From the NCBI GenBank assembly GCA_038087875.1, contig CM075988.1:24058001-24122000 (forward strand): a DNA stretch of 64,000 nucleotides. The letters run 5' to 3'. The stretch is from Malacoraja senta. Taxonomy: Eukaryota. Position numbers and translations under genes: made by a program. Positions 25,989-37,743 of this stretch are shown here, piece by piece (the stretch's first letter is position 1; each line of letters opens with the position of its first letter). The notes under the pieces were generated by a model. It saw only the letters and a program-made list of their open reading frames with translations. It was not told the DNA's origin and ran no database searches.

Positions 25989-26573
25989 CTGTCTGTTCAG
26001 AGTTTGCATGTTCTCACTGTGACTTTCCTCTCACACTCCACAGACGTGCAGGTTTGTAGGTTAATTGACTTCAGTAGAATTGGATATTGTCCCCAGTGTG
26101 TGTAGGATAGGGCTAGTGAACGGGGATCGCTGGTCGGTGCGGGCTCGGTAAGCCGAAGGGCCTGTTTCCACGCTGTATCTCTAAAGTCTAGATTCATAAG
26201 ACTTTGGAGCAGTAGTAGGCCATTCAGCCCACTGAGTCTACCCCGCCATTCTAATGTTTAAAGGTGAAATGGGTGCAGAATGGTTGGTGTGGGCTTGGTA
26301 GCTGAGGGGTGTGTGCTTTCCTGCTGTGTGGCTGTTTTCTCTTGATACAGAAGTCTCTTTCGCTGTCAAAACCCCAAGGATCTACCTGGGTTAAACAATA
26401 GCCAGGTGGCTGGCGAGAGCATGCACTAGGAGCTGAACTCCAGCAGGGGTCAGTGTTTCACTGACACCATCAGCAGGGGTGCGGAGTGGACAATGCACCT
26501 GTCTCATCCCTCACCTCACCCGCTCGCACCTGTGACCTACAACTGAAACACTCACCTGTGCTGCATCAACTAA

Positions 26574-27496
26574 AGGGCCTGTCCCACTTACGTGTCCTTG
26601 GCACGCAAATTACGCGACCTCGTGGTCGCGTTGAGGCGCACGGGCATCGTGTGGCCGCGCGGGGCCGGTCCCACTGAGAAGCGTGGAGGGGTATGTAGTT
26701 GTGAGCGATATCGCGCGGGGCTCCGGGATTTTGTAGCGAACAAAATCTTCGCGCACCAACGGCCTGTTGTGTAACTGACGGCCAAAGTGGGACAGGCCCA
26801 AGACCCTGGCGCGGCGCAACGTCTCACCTCCAACAGCAGCAGAAGCAGGCAAACGATCGGCGAGCTCGGCCTGGGGCTCACGGCCGTTACGGTCCGGATC
26901 CGTCCCCACTTCTACTCCCAGAGCGGGGCCAAGTTCCAGGCAGCGGGCGGTCGATGGCCGCACAGCGGTCGGCTGCCTGCCCCTTTTCCGGGGTTACGTC
27001 CGTGACCGCGTGTCCCTAGAGAGGGAACATGCGGTGTCCATGGGGACTGTGGAGGCCTTCTGTGAACGCTGGTCACCGCAGGAGGTTGAATATATTATAG
27101 ATAAAAATGTTAATATTTTAATTTGATAATTTTGTTTAAGTGTTTTTTAAATTGTGTGAGCTTTCTAACCTCCCTTGTAAATTGTACATTTGTTTAAAAA
27201 TCTAATAAAAAAAACATTTACAGAAAAAAAAAAAAAAAAGAGCGGGGCCAAGAAAATTGAAGGAATGGGTGACGTTTCGGGTGAAGACCCTTCTTTCAGA
27301 CTGAAGAAGAGTCTCGACACGAAACATCACCCATTGCTTCTCTCCAGAGATGCTGCCGGTCCCGCTGAGTTACTCCTGCATTTTGTGTCCATCTTCAAAT
27401 GATGTCACGCGCTCCAGACGGCTGTTCGGGCGCATGATGACGCGAGCGACTCCCGCGTAATTAGCGTGCCAAGGACTCGTAAGTGGGACAGGGGCT
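26574..27496. mobile_element. PIF/Harbinger-type non-autonomous element with nested Tx1 and Penelope-repeat insertions
   Basis: ~43-bp TIR AGGGCCTGTCCCACTTACG.GTCCTTGGCACGC.AATTACGCG; TSD TAA. Confidence 0.85.
26934..27238 (+). mobile_element. Tx1-like LINE 3' end with poly-A
   Basis: Translates SRQRAVDG...CLPLFRGYVRDRVSLEREHAVSMGTVEAFCERWSPQ..ILI*. TSD GAGCGGGGCCAAG at 26921-26933 and 27240-27252. Confidence 0.75.
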
Positions 27497-30022
27497 TAAC
27501 ACTTCACAGGATGCGAGAGCTCCCTTGCACCGAGCTGTAAACTACCTGGTCTCACAGGTATCATTCCTTCAGTTTAGTTTAGTTTAGAGATACAGCGTGG
27601 AAACAGGCCCTTCGGCCCAACAAGCCCGCACCGACCAGCGATCCCCGCACATTAACACTATCTACACCCACTAGGGACATTTACCAAGCCAATTAACCTA
27701 CATACCTGTACTTCTCTGGAGTGTGGGAGGAAACCGAAGATCTCGGAGAAAACCCACGCGGCCACGGGGAGAACGTACAAACTCTGCACAGACAGCACCC
27801 ATCGTCGGGATCGAACCTGGGTCCCTGGCACTGTGAGGCAGCAACTCTACCGCTGCGCCACCGTAACTGCTGGGTTAACTCAGCAGGACAGGCAGCATCT
27901 CTGGAGAGAGGGAATGGGCGATGTTTCGGGTCGAGTCCGCGCCGACCAGCGATCCCCCGTACACCAGTTCTATGGTATCCCAGTTTCGCCTTCCTACACA
28001 ATTTACAGAAGCCAATTAACCTACAAACCTGCACCATTTTGGAATGTGGGAGGAAACCGGAGAACCCGCAGGCCCGTGGTGACAGGGAGAACGTGCAAAC
28101 ACCACACAGACAGCGCCCGTTGTCAGGATCGAACCCGGGTCTCTGGCGCTGTGAGGCAGCAACTCTACCGCTGTGTCACCAAGCTGCCCATACAGTAAAT
28201 CTATTCACTGAGAGCCAGCGTTGCATTTTTTATCACCGCTACCACACGAAGATCACTGCACACTAGGACCATAAAACATATTTGGGATTTTGTACACCTC
28301 TATAAGATCACCCCTCTTCCTCCTGCGCTCCAAGGAACAGAGTCCGAGCCTGCTCAACCTGATCTTTAGTCAGAGGGTGGTGAATCTGTGGAATTCCTTG
28401 CCGCAGAAGGCTGTGGAGGACAAGCCAATGGATAATTTGAAGACTGAGACAACACACCAGAATTCACCCATGATTTACAACGGCAACAAATAATAATTAA
28501 AAAACACTTTGAATGTAGTTCAGTCAAGATCGGCAGGTCAGGCTGTATCAATGGAACCAGCAACGCACCAATCTGAATCTTGATTAGTACGGGTGTCAGG
28601 GGTTATGGGGAGAAGGCAGGACTTTGGGGACTGGACTTTGCTGCCTTCCCCCACAGTGGGAACCAACCATCGTGGGGGGATGTTTTTATGTTTATTGTTA
28701 AATTCTTTAATGTTGTGTCTTATCTTTATTGGTCTGCTACAGTGGCAAGTCCAATTTCACTACACCGATTGGTGGATGAGATCATAAATACATGTCCTTT
28801 GTATCCTTGTAAGGCAGGAGAATGGGGTTTGGAGGAAAAGAGAGATCAGGCATGATTGAATGGCAGAGCAGACTTGATGGACCGAATGGCCTAATTCTGC
28901 TCCGAGCACTTATGACCTTATGACCTCCCCCTCCCTATAGCTCAGGGCCCTCAAGTCCTGGCAACATCCTCGTAAGCCCACTGGCCTACAGTTCCCATCC
29001 ATTTCCCTGCAGCCCTTCCCGAATCGAGGAACGACACTTGTCCTGGAACCTCCAGCCTGCCCAACAATAAGGAAGCAGCTTCATCGCAGAAAGCGAGTGG
29101 CGATTCAAACGACGAGGACTCAGCATTATCTTCCCCGGAATAATGTGAAAGGCCCAACTATTGTGGAGAATAAGTAATTAAAATAAGCCCACTCATTAGC
29201 AGATTCCTACACCAGTAAGCCCCCCCCCCCTGGTGTACAAGACCTGGCCGTCCAATGGAGAAAAAAAAACAACACGTCTCATAATCTGTCAAAGTACAGC
29301 TGGAGGTATTCAAAGCAGAAAAAAAACCCACTTCCATTTCACAAAATCCGCCGTTACTTCTAAATTGCAATAAAAATTCGGCGCAATGTTTCACTGTCAT
29401 CCCCCCGCTAACTTGAAACTAGCAAATGGTCTCTTATCAGCAAAGCCCTGCTGTTGCAAAGGAGTTCCTCACTGAGAACGTCTCAGATATGTCATATTGA
29501 TACCTCTGACAGCGCCCGGTAAACTTTGCAGGAGTTTTGTACAGTTTTTCTTCTTACTTGACAGTCTATTAACGAACCGTGGGCATTGTCGACGCGTAAA
29601 TAGGTTGAGTATGTTCAAGAAGGGACTGCAGATGCTGGAAAATCGAAGGTAGACAAAAATGCTGGAGAAACTCAGCGGGTGCGGCAGCGTTTTACGCTGC
29701 CGCACCCGCTGAGTTTCTCCAGCATTTTTGTCCACAATAGGTTGAGTATGTTGGGTCCCACTCAAATACTGCGAGTAAACTCCTTACATGGATAGGACAG
29801 GTCGGGAGGGATATGGACCAAACGCGGGCAGGTGGGACTAGTGTAGCCGGTGTGGGCAAGTTGGGCCGAAGGGCCTGTTTCCACACTGTGTCACTCTATG
29901 ACTCCATCTGCTTGAGTTAGACTCTTCTACATCAAGGCTAAAATCCCGTCTCACCTAAAAAAAATCGGACCAACAAGCACTTATCACTCTATGGTGCTAT
30001 GATTGGGAATTAGCTTGTTTAT

Positions 30023-30221
30023 GAAGGAACTGCAGATGCTGGAAAAACAAAGGTAGACAAAAGTGCTGGAGAAACTCAGCGGGTGCAGCAGCATCTATGG
30101 AGCGAAGGAAATAGGCAACGTTTCAGACTGAAGAAGGGTTTCGGCCCAAAACGTTGCCTATTTCCTTCGCTCCATAGATGCTGCTGCACCCGCTGAGTTT
30201 CTCCAGCACTTTTGTCTACCT
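30023..30221. repeat. Near-perfect palindrome of two Penelope-like terminal repeats
   Basis: Arms of ~70 bp, AAGGTAGACAAAAGTGCTGG...GGCAACGTTT and AAACGTTGCC...CTTTTGTCTACCTT. Similar pairs near 1361-1530, 12290-12470, 13380-13570, 36079-36242, 38105-38300, 40920-41140, 58860-59015 and 62270-62437. Confidence 0.85.
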
Positions 30222-30647
30222 TGGGAATTATCTTCATTGAAACATTGCTTCCGTGTGCTCTCCCCGTTACCAGGGGGAAGGTGTCACCAAAGTCTTTATT
30301 TCATTCCAACATAGACTCCCCCGCTCTCTTTCCTACATTCTCTGATCACCCATCCTTCCTCCCTCCATTCTCCGGGCACTCCCTTGCCTCTTCCTTCGAC
30401 CGCCCTCCCTCCACCCAGCCCTGTCCTGAACTCCTCCCCCACCACCAGTCCCCGCCATCACCACTCCGCTCCCCCCCACCACTCCCATCCACGATCCCAT
30501 CCAACCTCTACACTCCTCTGCCCGTTCCCAGGACCTGTTCTCCCAGTAGATCCTCAGAAAGAATCAGACGGATGATTAAGCTGCAACAATCAATTGGAAT
30601 TATCGATCAGGAGAGCCCAGAGCCTTGGGGGAGACCTGGTAAAGGCT

Positions 30648-30915
30648 GGAAATCGAAAGTAGACAAAAATGCTGGAGAAACTCAGCGGGTGCAGCAGCAT
30701 CTATGGAGCGAAGGAAATAGGCAACGTTTCGGGCCGAAACCCTTCTTCAGACTGGTGTAGGGTGGGGGGTGGGGAGAAGAAAGGAAAAAGGAAGAGGAGG
30801 AGCCCGAGGGCTGAGGGAGAGCTGAGAAGGGGAGGAGACAGCAAGGGCTACCGGAAATTGGAGAATTCAATGTTTATGCCGCTGGGGTGCAGACTGCCCA
30901 AGCGGAATATGAGGG
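30648..30915 (-). mobile_element. Penelope-like element 3' end fragment
   Basis: Near-identical to 5304-5555. Confidence 0.85.
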
Positions 30916-33900
30916 GCTTCTATCACTCTTCAGACTCTTCAATCTGAAGAAGGGTCCAGACTCGAAATGTCACCTCGCCTTTTACTTCAGAGATGCTGCC
31001 TGACCCACTGAGTTACATCAGCACTTTGTGCCTTTCTTTGGTATGAACCAGCGTCTGCAGTTCCTTGATTCTAAATTTCTAATCTATCTTTGAATTCATC
31101 CTCCGCTTTATTGTGTAATTTATTTCCCTGCCTCCAGGTTCATGCTTCTGAAACCTGCTCCATTTGTTTTTATATTGCTCCCTGCAGGCTTCGGCAACCT
31201 TATTCTAATGACGGTCCCGAAGGTGGCATTCCTCTCTTGTTCAGCGTACGCACCAGGCTCCCTTTGCACCACCTGGCTAGGTCTTGCTGCCTCTTTGATC
31301 AGATGATTTTTATCTTGAGCCACTTGATTACCGCTCGATTTTTTTGCCGACATTTTTGCCGGCACCCGTCATTGTCGCGGCATGTTGAAAATCCAGCGGG
31401 GACCAGAACAATGTACGACTCTTTGGGCGACTGCTCACCACCAAACAGGCGTCACCCCACGCGCGGAAAGCTTGGTCAATGGTAGGCTTTGGACTTCCAG
31501 GAGTCCAGAACCAGGGGCCACAGTTTAAGAATAAGGAGTAAGCCATTTAGAACGGAGACGAGGAAACACTTTTTCTCACAGAGAGTGGTGAGTCTGTGGA
31601 ATTCTCTGCCTCAGAGGGTGGTGGAGGCAGGTTCTCTGGATGCTTTCAAGAGAGAGCTCGATAGGGCTCTTAAAAATAGCGGAGTCAGGGGATATGGGGA
31701 GAAGGCAGGAACGGGGTACTGATTGGGGATGATCAGCCATGATCACATTGAATGGCGGTGCTGGCTCGAAGGGCCAAATGGCCTACTCCTGCACCTATTG
31801 TCTATTGTCTATTGCTTTCAAGAGTAAATCGCTTTTGCAGTTTTAGAGATACAGCTTGGGAACAGGCCCTTCAGCCCACTCTGCCCCTGTCGACCAACGA
31901 TCGCTCGTTCTATCCTACACACTAGGGACAATATACAGATGCCAATTAACCTACAGACCTGCACTTCTTTGGAGTGTGGGAGGAAACCGGAGCACCCGGG
32001 GAAAACCCACACGGTCACAGGGAGAACGTAGACTCCGCACAGACAGCACCAGTAGTCAGGATTGAACCCGGGTGTAAGGCAGCAACTCTACCGCTGCGCC
32101 ACCGCGTCGCCCTTATGAAACAGTATTTGTTATTTGAAGGTGTGATTGGTTGTTCAGACTAGATAAACCACTGAATATAGAATATCTAGATCAGAGTTGG
32201 TTGAGGAGAGAAATCGATGGTGATGGGAGATCCAGTCTGTAGGACCTGGAAAGTGAAATGGGCATTCAGTGATGGAGCCAACACTGTAACTAGCTACAAC
32301 TCACGTTCAAATGGGAATGGATTACAAGTGAGGAGTGCAGATCATACGTTACTCCAGAGACATTACTCCAGCACTTTGTCTTTTTTTTGTTGTAAACCAG
32401 CATCTGCAGTTCCTTGCTTCCACATTACGATCATCTTCCTGGCTGTTATATAGCTGTCCACCTTCCATTGAGATGAAACAAACCTCCACCCTGACTCTCA
32501 GCCAGTTTCTTTACAGCCAAAGACTTTTCTCTTCCAGTCTTCAAATCCTGTTTAATCTCTGAATTGCAGTAAACTGTGTTTTAATGTTAAGCACTTAAGT
32601 TTATCAATATTGTAAGATCTATCAGAGACTTGCTTATTGATTTTTAACCTCTGGTTTGTTAATGCCTTGTCACTCTGTTAAGTTGCTTCTCATGCTTGAC
32701 AATGGTTCAAAGGTACCTGATTGTCACGTGTACCTGGATACACGTGAGATTCTTTGTTTTGTATTCAGTTTAGTAACATCACACCGTGCATAAGCACGAC
32801 TATACTCGAGGATAAGAGTGCAACGATGGTAGTGCAAGAACAAGTCACACTGAGGCAGGACACGAATCGGCTCCACGTTTCCGCGCACCAACACTATCCT
32901 ACACACACCAGGGACAATTTACAATTATACCAAGCCAATTAACCTACAAACCTGCACGTCTTTGGAGTGTGGGAGGAAACCGGAGCACCCGGAGAAAACC
33001 CATGCTATCAATAGACAATAGACAATAGACAATTAGGTGCAGGAGTAGGCCAGTCGGCCCTTCGAGCCAGCACCGCCATTCAATGTGATCACGGCTGATC
33101 ATGAATGGAGCAGCTGGGCTTGTACACTCTGGAGTTTAGAAGGATGAGAGGGGATCTTATTGAAACATATAAGATCGTTAAGGGTTTGGACACGCTAGAG
33201 GTAGGAAACATGTTCCCGATGTTGGGGAGAGTCCAGAACCAGGGGCCACAGTTTAAGAATAAGGGGTAAGCCATTTAGAACGGAGACGAGAAAACACCTT
33301 TTCTCACAGAGAGTGGTGAGTCTGAGGAATTCTCTGCCTCAGAGGGCGGTGGAGGCAGGTTCTCTGGATGCTTTGAAGAGAGAGCTAGATAGGGCTCTTA
33401 TAAAATAGCGGAGTCAGGGGATATGGGGAGAAGGCAGGAACGGGGTACTGATTATGGATGATCAGCCATGATCACATTGAATGGCGGTGCTGGCTCGAAG
33501 GGCCGAATGGCCTACTCCTGCACCTATTGTCTATTGTCTATTGAGACCGGAGGGTGGGGGGGGGGGGGGGGGCGGGGTGTCGTGGAGTAAATATTCCAGT
33601 GAATATAAGCCCAGTCGATTCATTGTTTCAACATATGTTAGTCCCGCCATCCCGGGAATTAACCTGGTGAACCTACACTGCACTCCCTCAATAACAAGAA
33701 TGTCCTTCCCCTCAAAGTAGGAGACCAAAACCGCACACAATACTGCAGGTGGCGGTCTCACCAGGCGCCTGTGCAACTGCAGTAGGATCTCCTTGCTCCT
33801 AGACTCAAATCCTCTCGGTATGAAGGGCAACATGCCATTTGCTTTCTTCTTGAAGCATACAGCGTCACTACCACTGCTGCAAGACCACACGGCACAGGGG

Positions 33901-35134
33901 AAGGCCAGTCCGCGGCTCAGCCTCTATGATAAAGCTATCCAATTAGCAGCACATCCCTACTCTCTCTCCCAGCCTTGCAAATATCACAGGTCACGCACTG
34001 CCAATCTCAGCAACTGGCTGTGCAAAGATAAGATTCTCCTCTCTCCCTCCCCGCCCCGATCTATCGCTTGCTCCGATATCTGTTGGATGAAATTAAATGC
34101 GCCTCGCAAAAGGTTGTACAGAACTCTCGGTAGAATTTTCAATCATGCTATCAGACTTTGACACCACTGACACAGGGCTGGGCCGAGTTTGCTGTCAATC
34201 CCAGATGATTACGAGATGATTACGACCTCTGCAACGTTGGGGAGGGCCCGGGCCAGGCTCTGGAGAGCAGAGACAATTAACAAACACTCTGACTTAATTA
34301 AACACAGATACTGTTGTGGGCCGGTGCTCGTAACTCAATGGTTCATTCTTCCCCGACTGTGAAGACCGCTGCAAAAACGTGACCGTGGCAAACCTACATT
34401 CAGTACTCAAATGAACAGCTTCCACAGGCTGGCCGTTCGTTCGGGTAGGAAGGAACTGCAGGTGCTGGTTTAAACCGAAGGTAGACACAAAATGCCAGAG
34501 TAACTCAGCGGGACGACAAACATTAAAAAAAAAGAACCATCTCTGCTAGGTGGAGGAGTCTTGGTAGATGGGAAACTGGCTGGTTCTGCGGCCTGAGGAA
34601 GAGACGGAGGGCTTTAAGACCTTCCTGGTGGGGGATGGAGGTGAAGAGTGACTGGACGTCCATTGTAAAAGATGAGGGAGTGGGGGTCCTAGAAAACGGG
34701 AGTCACTGAAGAGACGGAGGGGCCGTGTGTGTGGTGTCTTGGACAGGTCGGGAGGGATTGGACCAGAGGGGATAGGAGGAGGTCTGAAGAAGGCCCGAAA
34801 CATCACCCATCCCTTCTCTCCAGAGATGCTGCCTGTCCTGCTGAGTTACTCCAGCACTTTGTGTCTATCTCTGGTTATTTGTTCCCTTGTTTCCCAGATA
34901 GGGGAGACATTCAAACTGCATTGGCTCATCCAGCTGATCAGGACACAACACACCAGAATTCACCCATGATTTACAAACGGCAACAAATAATAATCAAAAA
35001 AAATACTTTGTATGGAGTTCAGTCAATATCAGCAGGTCAATGGAAAGAGCAACGCACCAATCTGAATCTTGATTAGTACGGGTGTCAGAGGTTATGGGGA
35101 GAAGGCAGGAGTATGGGGTTAGGAGGGAGAGATA

Positions 35135-35188
35135 GGGGTGGAAGATTGCAACCTTCACGTGGTCCACCCGGTTTCGACTAATGCAATC
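35135..35188 (+). ncRNA. Minimal HDV/CPEB3-like self-cleaving ribozyme motif (no P4)
   Basis: P1 GGGGUGG/CCACCC(G); P2 GAUUGCA/UGCAAUC; P3 ACC/GGU; L3 UUCACGU; GU after P1; J4/2 C-UAA. Confidence 0.75.
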
Positions 35189-35275
35189 AACTCGACGTGC
35201 ACAAACGGAAGATCAAATAGGACAAGTTGTCCAACAACTTTAGGCTGTGCACGGCACACGAGAGAAGAAGAAGAC
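35135..35275 (+). mobile_element. Short non-autonomous retroposon with 5' HDV-like ribozyme and (GAA)n tail (copy 1)
   Basis: TSD AGGGAGAGATA at 35124-35134 and 35276-35286. Inserted in a CR1 3' tail. Ends in GAAGAAGAAG. Homologous to 42547-42680 and 3772-4380. Confidence 0.85.
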
Positions 35276-37416
35276 AGGGAGAGATAGATCAGCCATGATT
35301 GAATGGCGGAGTAGACTTGATGGGCCGAATGGCCTAATTCTACTATTCCTTATGACCTTAGAACTGAAGGCATTAACGAGAAAGAAAAATAATAAAAAGT
35401 AAATGAAAACGATTTATTAAAAAGGTGGGCAGCACGGCGGTAGAGTTGCTGCCCCACAGCACCGGAGACCCGGGTTCCATCCTGACTATGGGTGCTGTCG
35501 GTACGGGGTTTGTACGTTCTACCCCGTGACTGCGAGGGTTTTCTCCGGCATGCTGTTTTCATTTACTTTTTTACATTTGCCTTTCAGTTCTGATTCAGAC
35601 TGCTCCCGTTTCTCTTTCCATTGATACTGCCTGACCTGCTGATCTCTGACTCAACTAAATGCAAAGTGTATTTTTAATCAAATAAATCAATGTTCATACC
35701 ACTGGGCTGTAAGCTGCCCAAGCAAAATATGAGGTCCTGCTCCTCCAGTTTGCGCTGGGCCTCACTCTGACAGTGGAGGAGGCCCAGGACAGGAAGGTCA
35801 GTGTGGGAATGGGAGGGGGAGGTAAAGTGTGTTTAGCGGCCAGGAGATCGGACTAGGCGGGACTGAGCGGAGGTGTTCAGACGAAACAATCGCCCGAGCC
35901 TGTGTGAACAATGGGTCTGCTTTGATGGAGGTGAAGTGATTGATCGGGAGTAGCTGGGAGTAGGAGTCTACAGCAAAGATTAAAAACAAGAGAATGAGGG
36001 GCAAGGGAAATTGTATTTTTCATCGAGGGTTGGAGAGTTTACTTCAGGAGTTAGAACTCATGTCACCGTTTAATGGAAGATAGACACAAAATGCTGGAGT
36101 AACTCAGCGGGACAGACAGCATCTCCGGAGAGAAGGAATGGGTGACGTTTCAGGTCAGACTGAAGAATGCTGCCTGTCCCACTGAGTTAGTCCAGCATTT
36201 TGTGTCTATCTTTGGCTTAAACCAGCATCTGCAGTTCCTTCATACACATCACAACGTTTAATGTATTGCTTAGATGGTTCAAGCCAAGAGGGCTGAAGAA
36301 AGATGGGAAGAAGGCACCCATGTTGGGATAGACACGAGCGCAGGACACAATGGGCCAAAAGAGCTTTGTTTAACTTCAACCCTAACAGGACACGAACAAA
36401 TCCTGAATTGGCTATGTGGGCCTGCCTCACACAATGAGAATCAGGACATCTCACAATCAGATTCCCTTCTCCCCCCGCTTCTGTTCCTCCGCTCCAAGAC
36501 CCTTTTCCTTGCATTGGAGACTGAGCTTGCAATGTCTCAGCTATAGATTGCGATCATTTGTTTCCACATATAATCACGTCCCATTGCATGAATACACGAG
36601 GTAATCAGTGACTCAGTGACTTTCCATAACAGTGCTTGGATTAAACTGCACCTTATCACAGATCTCAGATATGCTTTGATCTCACACAAAAGTATTTTGC
36701 AGATAATGAGTTACTTTGAAGTTCGATGATTATTCAGCACTGTATCAGGCGGTCAGTCCAATGAGAACTCCATAACAGTAGTCAGTTCAACAACTAGTTA
36801 GATAATCTTCTCTGTGGAACTTTGGTGCCCCCCTATATTCCCACTCGCTCAATCATATCTTCAATCAACTTTCAGGCAATGATCACTCCCGCCCGGCCTC
36901 CCACAAGCTCTGATTTCTCTGTTGCTCCACTTTCTTTTGACATTGTTTCTGCCTAATCTCAAATGTAGCCCAGGCCCTCAAATGTCCATGTCAGGTACAT
37001 CTGAGGATTATTGTTGAGGCCCTGATGGAAAGAACACAGTCTGAAGAAGGGTCTTGACCCGAAACATCACCCATTCCTTCTCTCAGGAGATGCTGCTTGT
37101 TTGTCCCGCTGAGTTACTCCAGCATTTTATGTCTATCTTAGGTCGACACAGCCAGGACTGGGCTCCCTGCACCAAGGAGGCGGGAATGAGACACTGTTGT
37201 AAAGGACTGGGTTTCCCATTGAATCGTATCCTGTGGCAAATTAATATTCTTTGCAGGATACAAACAAGGCAATTAGAAAAAAAGTAGGAGTAACTTAGTC
37301 AGGTCCGCAGGAACAGTCATTCCTTCCCTCCAGAGATGTTGCCTGTCCCGCTGAGTTACTCCAGCATTTTGTGTCTATATCCGGTTTATTAAACCAGCAT
37401 CTGCAGTTTCTTCTTA

Positions 37417-37743
37417 AAGCCCTGTCCCACGGTACGAGTTCATTCCAAGAGCTCTCCCGAGTTAAAAAAAATCAAACTCGTGGTAAGCACGGAGAATGAA
37501 CCGTAGCGGGTACGTCGGAGCTCGGGGACGTCTCTTAGCGCTTAACGGCAGGTACTCGGGAAGACTCGCTAACGGCAGGCAAGCTCGGGAAGACTCGGGA
37601 AGATTTTTCAACATGTTTCAAAATGTCCACGAGAGCCCCGAAGTACCGACGACGAGCGGTCCCATTACCGTAAATCTCCGAGTTCGAATCAGGGCAATCT
37701 CGGGAGAACTCTTGGAATGAACTCGTACCGTGGGACAGGGCTA
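37417..37743. mobile_element. PIF/Harbinger-type MITE (same family, interior reversed)
   Basis: Long TIRs; TSD TTA at 37414-37416 and 37744-37746. Confidence 0.85.

Noticed and set aside
26435..26490. Two CTCF-like motifs (CAGCAGGGGT...)
   Set aside because: Imperfect matches that are expected by chance; no supporting evidence.
29012..29175. Candidate exon after a pyrimidine-rich CAG (similar cases near 4923-5100, 31190-31280, 49150-49340, 54800-54890 and 58300-58500)
   Set aside because: No recognisable protein similarity, weak or missing donors, stops in most frames, and no consistent exon chain.
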